Of a stretch of DNA of 64,000 bases, positions 38,338-51,000 are shown piece by piece. Origin of the DNA: Eledone cirrhosa (lineage: Eukaryota); assembly GCA_964016885.1 (NCBI GenBank), contig OZ024755.1, positions 41,354,001-41,418,000 of the forward strand. The letters are read 5' to 3'. Below the pieces are notes generated by a model, which was given only the letters and a program-made list of their open reading frames with translations, was not told where the DNA came from and made no database searches. The stretch's first letter is position 1; every line of letters starts with the position of its first letter. The position numbers were made by a program, and so were the translations under genes.

Positions 38338-40093
38338 GCCAGATCATTGACGATCCCAAAGAATGCGCAGAACTCATTGCTGAGTGCTATGCAAGCATTT
38401 TTACTGTTGAAAACCAGAATGTACCATCTCTAACATCAAATTCCATAACAACTATGGAATTTACACCTGCAATGCTGCGACATCACCTTAAGAATAAGCG
38501 CAACTATGCCTCCCCTGGTCTTGATGGTGTTACATACCAGCTTCTCAAACATGGCGGGTACTTCCTTTTGCACCAGCTTTCTTTCTTCTTTCAATACTGT
38601 CTCAACAATGGTGCTACTCCAGAGCAGTAGAAAACTGCCAGTGTCATTCCCCTGTTCAAAAAGGGCGACCGCACGTCACCTGTCAACTATCGTCCAGTCA
38701 GTCTTACTAGCTGTATCGCCAAACTGATGGAATCCTGTGTCAGAGAAACACTTTGGAACTTCTGGAGCTCTCACAGCCTCACCCGGCCCTCGTAATTTGG
38801 ATTTATCCCTAACTCCAGCTGCTGTGATTAGCTTATCAAGTTCCTTGAAGACATTACCCGGATCACTGACAGCAGCTCATGGGTGGATGTTGTTTACCTT
38901 GACTTCGCTAAGGCTTTTAATTCTGTGCCACACAAAAGACTTATGGCGAACCTCTCTGCAATGGGTGTGAGGGATGATCTTTTTAACTGGTTGAAATCCT
39001 TCATTCTCAGCTGAAAAGAGGTAGTTACGGTTCTAGGACAGCATCTGGTGTACCACAGGGATCTGTTCTTGGTCCCCTTTTGTTTGTTGCATACATTAAT
39101 GACATAGATGCCAACTTAAAGAATGCCACAGTACTGAAATAAGCAGATGACATCAAGCTGTACCTTAAAATCAAAAGGACAGATCCTGAAATCTATAACT
39201 CTTTCCTACAATCAGACCTGGACACAATGCAGCAATGGATCACAGACTGGCAACTGAAGCTGGCTGTGGACAAGTGTACCACCATGCATTTTGGGAGGAA
39301 AAATCCAGCGTCCACATACTCCCTCCACAACACTGATATCAAGAAGTCCTCTTGTGAACGTGACCTGGGCATTACTGTCAGCAGCGATTTGCGTTGGAAA
39401 AGCACATCTCTAAAATTGTCAAGAAGGCCGAGAGTGTCTTGGCATCACTCAGCAAAATCTTTGTTAGCCGCTCTCCAGCCATCTATTTAAAGCTGTATAC
39501 AGCTATGGTACGACCACACTTGGAATTCGCATCATCAGTCTGAAACCCCTATCTTGCTCAGAACCTCCTGGAAACTGTTCAGAGATGTGCAACCAAGCGC
39601 ATACCCTCCATCAGACACCTACCATACTCTGAACGCCTTGCTTCCCTGGGCATGGATACATTGAAGCTCCGACGTCTGGCAACTGACTTGGTAAACACTC
39701 ACAAAGTTATTAACCATCTCGCCAACAACAACCCTGAGCACCTTTTTGATCTCCATGTGTCTAACACCCGTGGACATCCCTACAAAGTCAGAAAACAGCA
39801 CAGCTCCCAAGACTTTCGGAAACATTTTTTTCACGCTTAGAGTTGCTGAAGCATGGAACAAACTGCCTGCGTCAATTGTTAACTGCCGAGACACTGCATC
39901 TTTTAAAACCCTCATGCTTCCTGAAATTCGCCAAAACTACACCCGATGTCCCCCTTCCATACACATGCGTATATCATGATTCATGCACTGTTCATTTTCC
40001 TGACGTTTGTACATTACCCTATGTACTATACATACACTTTTGATAAGTTGTAGTGCACCTGAGCACTGTACACCATATTTTCATTATTATTAT
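38338..40093 (+). mobile_element. Degraded CR1/L2-group LINE with (ATT)n tail, inside a MITE
   Basis: SPGLDG, NYRPVSLTS, YLDFAKAF, GVPQGSVLGP, ADD, TRGHPYK, FFTLRVAEAWNKLP with stops and frameshifts; MITE halves at 38207-38335 and 40095-40240. Confidence 0.88.
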
Positions 40094-40889
40094 AAGAATA
40101 TGATATTGAATCTATGAGATTTTGATATTTATTTTGAGAACAATACCGTAACATCAGTATGAGCAGCTGGTTACAGCCAGTTTGAACAGAAAGAGGTGAG
40201 AGAATTCTGGCTGGCTATGTCGGTTTATATGCTAAAGGGGCAAGCTGTTTCATACTAGGGTGGAGAATTGGCAGAGTCGTTATGGTGCTGCCTTAAATGT
40301 TTCACTATCTGTTCTGGGTCACTACTCTTTATCTTCAATTTACCTTTCATCCTTTTTGGATTGATAAAAGTACTAGACCGGGGACAGTGGACTGGTGACA
40401 TTCTTCGAGTCGGATGGGATGCTTTCCTTAACTAACCACCTCTTATAATAGCACTTCTGTGCATCTTTCTGTGTCAGTAAGGGTGAGATGCCATTAAGAT
40501 TCAACATCCATTCTCCCTACTTGCAGGGGTTGGATAGGTCATCACAGAGCAAGTCAGTATTGAAGTGGAGTACTGACTGACCACTTAGATAGACCAGGGA
40601 CCTGCAGTTTGCTTACATTCCCACACTCTACTGAGTGCTCAAGTGGTCCAAAGGTCTGCATCAACCATTCATACACCTCCGTGCTCTACCAAGACACCAC
40701 CAATAATGAGGTTGTCATATTTTTGACACAGGTTTTCTACACCTGCAGGCAATTGTGTGTGCATCTGTGTGCATCTGTGTGATGATGTCCCATAGTTATA
40801 CAATTTCACAAAAACAGATCAACAAAATTCCAGACTTGAAAAATATGTACTGGGATCAATATAATGAAGTAAAATAACCCCTTAAAAGG

Positions 40890-41078
40890 CTGACCAGTCT
40901 AATGGCTGAAACCAATAAATAATTAAATACTGACCAGTCTAATGGCCTGAAACCAGTAAATAATTAAATACTGACCAGTGTAATGGCTGAAATCAGTAAA
41001 ATATAGACTGACCACTCTAATGGCCTGAGACCAGTAAATTAAAGACTGACCAGTCTCATGGCCTGAGACCAGTAAAAG
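40890..41078. repeat. ~36-41-bp tandem repeat (CTGACCAGTCTAATGGCTGAAACCAGTAAA) ~5 copies, SINE-tail-like
   Basis: Direct reading. Confidence 0.75.
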
Positions 41079-41114
41079 AATGTATGTTTAATAATAAGAA
41101 AGCTAGAGACTTAC

Positions 41115-41261
41115 CAGAATGTTCATCAAAATCAGGAAGAACTGTAAATAATGTTTCGGCTGTTATATCCTGAAGTTCATTGGTAAGTTCAATATGACAA
41201 ATGAAAGGTAGGATGGCTTTAGCCAGATTGTCAGCCACCAGAGACAATGGACAATTTTCTC
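41115..41261 (-). CDS. NUP210: Nup210 exon
   Basis: TAACAG / GTAAGT; (G)ENCPL...FICHIE...ETLFTVLPDFDEHS resembles gp210 GECTP...ISCQ...DVFTVEPQFDTAL; phase 1-1. Confidence 0.88.
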
Positions 41262-41329
41262 CTGTTAATAACAGAAATAAAACAAATGACAAAATTTGAA
41301 ATTTACAGCTTACATATTTTGAGGTTTAT

Positions 41330-41845
41330 AAGATGCTCTGTGATTGGAAGGAACTGCGACACCAATCTAAATACGAATGGAGAGACCTTGCTAGACTTCT
41401 GTTCTAGCAATAGACTCTCTATTGCGAACACTTTCTTCCAGCACAGAGACATCCATAAATATACATAGTACCAGGGGAATAAGGGCAGAGATCAATAATT
41501 GATTTTGTTATTGTCTCTGATCTCTTTGATTCTGTGCTGGTTGTTCCTATTAAGAAAGGGGTTGAGCTGTCAATTGATCACCATCTAGTTATCTGCAACT
41601 TGTGACTACCTAAAGTCAAAGAAGCCCTTAAAAATGGCAGATCTAGGGTGACCTACTAGTGGATAAAGTGGAAAGTACTGGTGGATAAGTAAGTCAGGAC
41701 CAGGTATGCAGGTACTATTGCATCCAAGTTCAGAGAACTCCTTGAACAAACTGAGGACATTGAGAGTGGAGATTGTTCAGCTCAGCAGTTTCTGCTTCAG
41801 CTGCCAAATGTTGCGGGTGAAAGAGGGTTGGTGTGGTGCCGGATG
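41330..41845 (+). mobile_element. Degraded LINE APE-endonuclease fragment (RTE-like)
   Basis: NTNGETLLDFCSSNRLSIANTFFQHRDIHKYT*..RSIIDFV..DHHLV. Confidence 0.75.
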
Positions 41846-42142
41846 GTAGGAAGGCTCCTTGGTTACTATCTGTGGACACAGAATGACCCAAAGGTTAAGA
41901 AGTTCACTTCACAATCATAAGTTCCTGGGTTCAATCCCACTGCATGGTCCCTTGGACAAAGAAAGTGTCATTTACCATAACCCCAGTTTGATCCAAGCCA
42001 TATGAGTGAAATTGGAGAGATGGAAAATGTTTGGAAGATCATCAAATGGATTGTTCCTGTAATTCAAAAGATTAACCTTGTGCCTTGCTAAATCTCCGAG
42101 AATTATGTTAAAAGTACACGTTTGTTGGAATGCTCAGTCACT

Positions 42143-42520
42143 TCATCATCATCTTACGTCCGCTTTTCCCTGCTTGCAAGGGTTGGATGGGTCCTATTCA
42201 GCACAGCATCTCTCCACTTGTCACAGTCCCTCATCATCTCCTCGGTGAGTTTCAGCGATCTGAGGTCTGCTCTCACCACCTCCGCCCATATTTTTCGTGG
42301 TCTACCTCTACTGCATCTTCCTTCTATTGAGATTTCTTGGCACTTCTTCACCCAGCGGTCATCCTCCATGCGCATCACATGTCCATACCATCTCAGCCTT
42401 CTCTCCTGCACACCACAACTTATCCCTCTTATACCCAGTTCCTTTCTCAACTCGTCTATGCTTGGACGTTCACACACATTGACATTGCACATCCAACGGA
42501 GCATACTTGCTTCATTTCTA
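42143..42520 (-). mobile_element. RTE 3' fragment, same family as 35855-36330
   Basis: MLRWMCNVNV...RRLRWYGHV...GRPRKIW, (GAT)n tail. Confidence 0.85.
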
Positions 42521-42957
42521 TTTGTATTTTAATATAAGATGGGTTTTTAATACAGTTGTTTGATTAACTGAATGGCCAACTCATCAATTAACATGTAAGT
42601 GGTTGAGTATTCCAGAGACACATGTATCCTGAATGTAATTTCTAAGCTGCATCAGAAGAACAGTATGTGACAAGAACCTTTCAATTACTAGTCCAATCTA
42701 ACCAACATTCTTCAACACAGATTCTTTCTACCCAATTTCACTCAGATAGCTTGGCTCAACTCAGAAGGAAAGACTGTTGCCCCCAAAATAGGGACTTAAA
42801 TAAGTCATCACACCCTTACTGATCCTTAATCATCCAGTTTGAATATATTGGTGGGTGACTTTATAACAACTCAACTCATTTAAATTCAACATTTTCTAAC
42901 ATGTTATTTTACTAGTAGAGAAACATTAACCCTTTAACATTTACATTACTCTTATAT

Positions 42958-43965
42958 AGGATCCAGGCGTTTGAGGAGAAATACATGAGAAAACTCCTTA
43001 GTTCATATTGGGAACGTAAAACCAATGAATACTTGCAGAGTAAGGTTAAAAGTTTTGTGGATCACCAGGAACCTCTCCTTGCCACTGTCAAGGGGAAGAA
43101 ACTGGTGTGGTTTGGCCACGTCACACGACATGACAGCCTGTGCAAGACCACCATGCAAGGTACTGTTGAAGGTAGACACAGGAGGGGACCCCAACACAAG
43201 ACCACCATGCAAGGTTCTGTTGAAGGTAGACACAGGAAGGGACCCCAACACAAGACCACCATGCAAGGTTCTGTTGAAGGTAGACACAGGAGGGGACCAC
43301 CAATACAAGACCACCATGCAAGGTTCTGTTGAAGGTGGACACAGGAGGGGACCCCAACACAAGACCACCATGCAAGGTTCTGTTGAAGGCGGACACAGGA
43401 AGGGACCCCAACACAAGACCACCATGCAAGGTTCTGTTGAAGGTAGACACAGGAGGGGACCACCAATACAAGACCACCATGCAAGGTTCTGTTGAAGGTG
43501 GACACAGGAGGGGACCCCAACACAAGACCACCATGCAAGGTTCTGTTGAAGGTGGACACAGGAGGGGACCACCATGCAAGGTTCTGTTGAAGGTAGACAC
43601 AGGAGGGGACCACCATGCAAGGTTCTGTTGAAGGTAGACACAGGAGGGGACCACCAACACAAGACCACCATGCAAGGTTCTGTTGAAGGTGGACACAGGA
43701 GGGGACCCCAACACAAGACCACCATGCAAGGTACTGTTGAAGGTGGACACAGGAGGGGACCCCAACACAAGACCACCATGCAAGGTTCTGTTGAAGGCGG
43801 ACGCAGGAGGGGACCCCATGCAAAAACTTGTTGGACAATGTCAAAGAATGGACGCAAATGACGGCACCAGATTTAAAGATGGCCGCCGTTGATTTTGAGT
43901 GTGGGCTGCTTCTAAAGTAGGATCCCCCAACAACCACAGAAGTCAAGGGACTGATGATGATGATG
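42958..43965 (+). mobile_element. RTE 3' fragment inside a MITE, containing a ~51-bp minisatellite (43143-43820)
   Basis: IQAFEEK..RKLL..WFGHVTRHDSLCKT..QGTVEG motif tandemly amplified; (GAT)n tail; MITE halves at 42927-42957 and 43966-44143. Confidence 0.82.
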
Positions 43966-44161
43966 ATATACACTATTGTATTTTGGTGGTAAAGTCTTTA
44001 TCTCACATAATATAGAATCTATGAGATTTTGATATTATTTATTTTGAGAACAATACCTTAACATCAGTATGATCGGCCAGTTGGCTGGTTTGAACATAAA
44101 GAGGTGAGAGAATTCTGGCCGCATACGGCTGGTTTAAAGGGTTAAATATAAGGAATTTTAC

Positions 44162-44285
44162 CTAGGAAGCTTTGATCGCGACTCAGTCTGACAGGGAAAA
44201 GGTAGGCTTTGTTTTGGTTGCCGACATTTGACACAAATGCTGTAGTGTTTTCCAGATATATTTCACTCACAGCTTCAACTGCTAC
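44162..44285 (-). CDS. NUP210: Nup210 exon
   Basis: TTACAG / GTAAAA; VAVEAVSEIYLENTTAFVSNVGNQNKAYLFPVRLSRDQSFL(G); phase 0-1 bridges the neighbouring exons; not in the ORF track. Confidence 0.8.
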
Positions 44286-44349
44286 CTGTAATAATTAAAG
44301 TAAAATGATTAATGAAACAATTTTTATCCATTGACTAATTTCTGATATA

Positions 44350-44780
44350 ACTGGATATAAGAGGAGTCAAATATTGTGTGTGCTGAAGAGAAGACTGCAC
44401 TGGTATAGACATGTTATATTGTGTGGTAAAGAGAAGACTGCACTGGTATTGACATGTTATATTGTGTGGTAAAGAGAAGACTGCACTGGTATAGACATGT
44501 TATATTGTGTGGTAAAGAGAAGACTGCACTGGTATTGACATGTTATATTGTGTGGTAAAGAGAAGACTGCACTGGTATAGACATGTAATGTGTATGGATC
44601 ATGAGAGTTGGGTGAAGAAGTGCTAGGAGTTTCAAGTGGAAGGAAGCTGCAAAAGTGGAAGACCAAGGAAGAGGGTGGTGAAGGTTGTGAAAGCTGATCT
44701 CAAGAAACTATACTTCACAAAGGAGATGACAAAAATGGAGAGGACATGTCTAACCCATCCAAGCATGGAAAACTGATGAT
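44350..44780 (+). mobile_element. Degraded RTE 3' fragment with 43-bp tandem repeat (~5 copies, 44386-44587)
   Basis: AAGAGAAGACTGCACTGGTATAGACATG encodes the RRLHWY.HV motif; GRPRK downstream. Confidence 0.7.
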
Positions 44781-45845
44781 AGCATCATTAAAAACCAGTA
44801 GAAGATTAAGGAAGGCGGGACTGGACTTTAACCAGGAGCCCACAATATTTAAAGGCCTCTAATCAATTTTTTGCAATCATATATTGATGATAGCAAGGCC
44901 CCATTGAAATTTTAATCCAAGACCCCTGCTAAAAACAATATCAAATTTCTAAGTAATTTTTTATCCCCTTTTTTTGCACAAAAGCTTTTGATATAAAACC
45001 ACCCCTGGTTCTATGGTATTAAACTGTGTTTCAACCCTTATGATATAAAACCACCCTTGGAACTACGGTAGTAAACTGTTTCAATCCTTTTGATATAAAA
45101 CCACTTGAAACCACCCCTGATTCTAAAATATAAAGCTATTTATTTTAATGTGTTTATATTAATCTAACAATTATCCATAATTTCATTTATCTTCGTTAAG
45201 TTATGCATCAAACACTGGCTTAATAATGAGAAAGTTGGTTATATTGTAAAACCCCTCCAAAATTCTTCATTACTTACAAATTTAAGAGGAAATCATAAGC
45301 TGTGTTTTTCATTAGAAATATGCTAATGAAAGTTAATTTGTAAGGAAACAGTAAAAATATACAAAAACACTGTAAACATGGCCCTCCATAGCCAGGAACT
45401 CACCAACAATTTAAAAACTACAAGCAACTGGAAAGAACCTAGAATTGATAAGAAACCCAATTTCTAGTTTGAAGTCCCTGATTAGTCCATTTTATCAGGG
45501 TTAAGATAAAGTTTTACATAAAATTATGATGGAAAGTTTTAATTTTAGATATTAACACTTTAGAATGGAGTTAGGGGCAGTTTTAGGTGGATGGGTATTG
45601 AAAGAGAAGTGGCAGCAATTGATGCCCTGGTAGACAAGAACACCTGAACAGTTACTGGCCTATCATGTTTACCAATAACATTACATCAATATCGTACGAC
45701 CAGCTGCTCGTCTAGACAGCTACAATGTATTACAAGAAGGGATGTATGACTATAAAGAGCAGCTACTGATGAACCAGGCTGATATAGAAGACAAAACTTA
45801 CTGCAGTGACAACAATAATGATTATGATGCTGAAGAGATACTTAC

Positions 45846-45979
45846 TTCTGTAACAATATTCAAATCAGATGACATGTTAAATGTGACATAAGACTTCCCA
45901 ATGCTGATAGCACTAGCTACACCAGTCTCATGGTTAATAGAAATCGCTCTGCTTGAACTGGCCCACACACCTTTCACAC
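45846..45979 (-). CDS. NUP210: Nup210 exon (Ig-like repeat)
   Basis: TTTTCAG / GTAAGT; (G)VKGVWASSSRAISINHETGVASAISIGKSYVTFN resembles gp210 [32 protein letters not shown]; phase 1-0. Confidence 0.9.
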
Positions 45980-46019
45980 CTGAAAATATAGCACAAAATA
46001 TATTGTACCACTGAGTAAA

Positions 46020-46225
46020 GGCTTCAACATGTTTAGATATATTTCTACAGTGTAGAACGTGTTTAGATAAGTCCCTACAGTGTTGAATATGTTTAGATAT
46101 GTCCCTAGAGTGTTCAACATGTTTAGATATGTCTCTAGAGTGTTCAACATGTTTAGATATGTCCCTAGAGTGTTCAACATGTTTAGATATGTCCCTAGAG
46201 TGTTCAACATGTTTAGATATGTCTA
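46020..46225. repeat. Diverged 30-bp satellite units (AACATGTTTAGATATGTCCCTAGAGTGTTC)
   Basis: ~7 units related to the 48018-60129 array. Confidence 0.85.
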
Positions 46226-46237
46226 TAGGTGACTGAA

Positions 46238-47910
46238 CATCATCATTTTTACACCCGTTTTTCCATTCTTGCATGGGTTGGACAGGTCCTTCTCAGCACA
46301 GCATCTCTCCACACGTAACCTTTTGTCATTGCCTGCGAGTTTCAGTAATTTGAGATCAGCTCTCACAACCTCTGCCCAGGTCTTTCTTCGTCTACTTCTG
46401 TGACTTCCTTCCACTGGCATTTACTAGCACTTCTTCACCCAACAATCATTATTCATGCGAACCACATGTCCAAACCAATGAAATCTTCTCTCCTGCACAC
46501 TACCCCGGATTCCTGTTAAACCCAGCTTCTTCCCCGACTCATCCAAGCTTTGCCTTTCTCTCACAATTACATTGTACATCCAACAGAGCATGGTTGCTTC
46601 ATTTCTCTCCAGTCTAAGCATGTCCTCTGCAGTCACATCCCATGTTTCACTACCATGCAGCATTGCACATAGGTGTCATAGTCATTCTTTTGTACATAGG
46701 GAGAAACCTTTTGTGGTCAACAGTGAAAATAGCTCTGAATTTCTATCCAATCCTTAATTTAGCTATTAAGCTCTCAAAGCACCCCCCTCCATCACTAATT
46801 ATGTTGCCTACATAGTAAAAACTATCAACCACTTCTATGGGTCTTTCCTGTGACTGGAATAGGCTTACATCACTGGTTATCTTCCTCTCGGTTACCCCTG
46901 TGTATCCTCTACAAAATCATCCCCTCTTGTTAGTCTACCCATTATTCTACTACATCTCTTGTGTACCCAAGATTTACATTGTATATATTGAATGGAGTTT
47001 ATGCCAACTCCCTTTCTACATATAGAGCTGGGTCACTTCCCTGAAGGAATCAGGGTCCTGTCTTTTCTCCTACTCACTACACTTTAGTTTTGGCTAAGTT
47101 TACTCTCAGGTCTTTTGATTCTAATTTCTGTTTCTTTAGTCGGAACTTATTTTTTAAGTCTTTAATGGATTCTGCTATAAAGACCAGATCATCTGCATAG
47201 ATTAGTTCCCATGAAAAGCCTATTTTAAACTCCTCTGTTATGGCCTGAAAAACTGGGCTAACAACTGAGCCTGAACTCCACACTAAACTCATTTCCTACT
47301 CTCACTTTACTGACAGCTCCTCTGTACATGACTTGCACTGCTCTTACCAACCATTCTTCTGCACCTAATTTATTTAAAGACCCCCAGATAATAGATTGGG
47401 ATACTTTGTCAAACACTTTTTCTAGGTCAAAGAAAGCTAAATATAGTGGCTTATTTTTTGCTAAGAACTTCTCTTGTAGTTGCCTCACTAAAAAGAGAGC
47501 GTCTGTTGTACTTTTCCCAGGCATGAAACCAAACTGTATCTCATCTAATTTGACTCTTTCCATCACTTTCATAATTTGGTCCATTAGTTTTATTCCTCTG
47601 TAGTTGCTCCTATCTAAGGCCTCACCTTTGCCCTTGTAGGCATTTATGATTGTACTGCTACATCAGTCATTGGGTAAGACACCGTCCTGTATTACCTGAT
47701 TGACCATGTGAGTTACTAGTTTGGCTCCTACTTCTCCCGATCCTCTTAGCATCTCAGCAGTTATCTCCAATAGTCCTGCAGCTTTACCATTTTTCACCTC
47801 CTTAGTTGCTTCTTTAACCCTACAACTGTCAACTTCACTGGCTGACCCCTTCTATTGGATGGGTTGGGGATAGTTTCTCTTCCTCCTATTCACTCTCTAC
47901 ATTCATCAGC
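46238..47910 (-). mobile_element. Degraded RTE LINE
   Basis: QFGFMPGKSTTDALF..FFDLEKVFD, YADD, LHGSETW, RRFHWFGHV; (ATG)n tail at ~46240. Confidence 0.88.
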
Positions 47911-48017
47911 CATTTAGATATGTTTACATGGCTGAACATGTTTACATGTCTCAAGTGTTGAACATGTTTAACATGCCAATAGAATGTTGAAACTGTATTT
48001 CTATAAGTGGTTGGAAG

Positions 48018-51000
48018 TTAAACATGTTTAGGTATGATTCTAGAGTGTTCAACATGTTTAGGTATGATTCTAGAGTGTTCAACATGTTTAGGTATGATTC
48101 TAGAGTGTTCAACATGTTTAGGTATGATTCTAGAGTGTTCCACATGTTTAAGTATGATTCTACAGTGTTCAACATGTTTAGGTATTATTCTAGAGTGTTC
48201 AACATGGTTAGGTATTATTCTAGAGTGTTCAACATGTTTAGGTATGATTCTAGAGTGTTCAACATGTTTAGGTATGATTCTAGAGTGTTCAACATGTTTA
48301 GGTATGATTCTAGAGTGTTCAACATGTTTAGGTATGTTTCTAGAGTGTTCAACATGTTTAGGTATGATTCTAGAGTGTTCAACATGTTTAGGTATGATTC
48401 TAGAGTGTTCAACATGTTTAGGTGATTCTAGAGTGTTCAACATGGTTAGGTGATTCTAGAGTGTTCAACATGGTTAGGTATGTTTCTAGAGTGTTGAACA
48501 TGTTTAGGTATGATTCTAGAGTGTTCCACATGGTTAGGTTATTCTAGAGTGTTCAACATGTTTAGGTATGTTTCTAGAGTGTTCAACATGTTTAGGTATG
48601 ATTCTAGAGTGTTCAACATGTTTAGGTATGATTCTAGAGTGTTCAACATGTTTAGGTATGTTTCTAAAGTGTTCAACATGTTTAGGTATGTTTCTAGAGT
48701 GTTCAACATGTTTAGGTATGATTCTAGAGTGTTCCACATGGTTAGGTATGATTCTAGAGTGTTCCACATGGTTAGGTATGTTTCTAGAGTGTTCAACATG
48801 TTTAGGTGATTCTAGAGTGTTCAACATGTTTAGGTGATTCTAGAGTGTTCAACATGTTTAGGTGATTCTAGAGTGTTCAACATGGTTAGGTATGTTTCTA
48901 GAGTGTTCAACATGGTTAGGTATGTTTCTAGAGTGTTCAACATGTTTAGGTATGTTTCTAGAGTGTTCAACATGTTTAGGTATGTTTCTAGAGTGTTCAA
49001 CATGTTTAGGTGATTCTAGAGTGTTCCACATGGTTAGGTATGATTCTAGAGTGTTCCACATGGTTAGGTATGTTTCTAGAGTGTTCAACATGGTTAGGTA
49101 TGATTCTAGAGTGTTCAACATGTTTAGGTATGATTCTAGAGTGTTCAACATGTTTAGGTATGATTCTAGAGTGTTCCACATGGTTAGGTATGATTCTAGA
49201 GTGTTCCACATGGTTAGGTATGTTTCTAGAGTGTTCCACATGGTTAGGTATGATTCTAGAGTGTTCCACATGGTTAGGTATGATTCTAGAGTGTTCAACA
49301 TGGTTAGGTATGATTCTAGAGTGTTCCACATGGTTAGGTATGATTCTAGAGTGTTCAAAATGTTTAGGTATGATTCTAGAGTGTTCAACATGTTTAGGTA
49401 TGTTTCTAGAGCGTTCAACATGTTTAGGTGATTCTAGAGTGTTCAACATGTTTAGGTATGATTCTAGAGTGTTCAACATGTTTAGGTATGATTCTAGAGT
49501 GTTCAACATGGTTAGGTATGATTCTAGAGTGTTCAACATGTTTAGGTATGTTTCTAGAGTGTTCAACATGTTTAGGTATGATTCTAGAGTGTTCAACATG
49601 GTTAGGTATGTTTCTAGAGTGTTCAACATGTTTAGGTATGATTCTAGAGTGTTCAACATGTTTAGGTGATTCTAGTGTTCAACATGTTTAGGTGATTCTA
49701 GAGTGTTCAACATGGTTAGGTATGTTTCTAGAGTGTTCAACATGTTTAGGTATGTTTCTAGAGTGTTCAACATGTTTAGGTATGATTCTAGAGTGTTCAA
49801 CATGTTTAGGTATGTTTCTAGAGTATTCAACATGTTTAGGTATGATTCTAGAATGTTCAACATGGTTAGGTATGTTTCTAGAGTGTTCAACATGGTTAGG
49901 TATGATTCTAGAGTGTTCAACATGTTTAGGTATGTTTCTAGAGTGTTCAACATGTTTAGGTATGATTCTAGAGTGTTCAACATGTTTAGGTATTATTCTA
50001 GAGTGTTCAACATGTTTAGGTATTATTCTAGAGTGTTCAACATGTTTAGGTATTATTCTAGAGTGTTCAACATGTTTAGGTATTATTCTAGAGTGTTCAA
50101 CATGTTTAGGTATGTTTCTAGAGTGTTCAACATGTTTAGGTATGATTCTAGAGTGTTCCACATGGTTAGGTATGATTCTAGAGTGTTCCACATGGTTAGG
50201 TATGTTTCTAGAGTGTTCAACATGTTTAGGTATGTTTCTAGTGTTCAACATGTTTAGGTGATTCTAGAGTGTTCAACATGGTTAGGTATGAATCTTGAGT
50301 GTTCCACATGATTAGGTATGATTCTAGAGTGTTCAACATGTTTAGGTATTATTCTAGAGTGTTCAACATGTTTAGGTGATTCTAGAGTGTTCCAGATGGT
50401 TAGGTATGATTCTAGAGTGTTCCAGATGGTTAGGTATGATTCTAGAGTGTTCCACATGGTTAGGTATGTTTCTAGAGTGTTCAACATGGTTAGGTATGAT
50501 TCTAGAGTGTTCAACATGTTTAGGTATGATTCTAGAGTGTTCCACATGGCTAGGTATGATTCTAGAGTGTTCCACATGGTTAGGTATGTTTCTAGAGTGT
50601 TCCACATGGTTAGGTATGATTCTAGAGTGTTCAACATGGTTAGGTATGATTCTAGAGTGTTCCACATGGTTAGGTATGATTCTAGAGTGTTCAACATGTT
50701 TAGGTATGATTCTAGAGTGTTCAACATGTTTAGGTATGATTCTAGAGTGTTCAACATGGTTAGGTATGATTCTAGAGTGTTCAACATGTTTAGGTATGTT
50801 TCTAGAGTGTTCAACATGTTTAGGTATGATTCTAGAGTGTTCTACATGTTTAGGTATGTTTCTAGAGTGTTCAACATGTTTAGGTATGTTTCTAGAGTGT
50901 TCAACATGTTTAGGTATGTTTCTAGAGTGTTCAACATGTTTAGGTATGATTCTAGAGTGTTCAACATGTTTAGGTATGTTTCTAGAGTGTTCAACATGTT

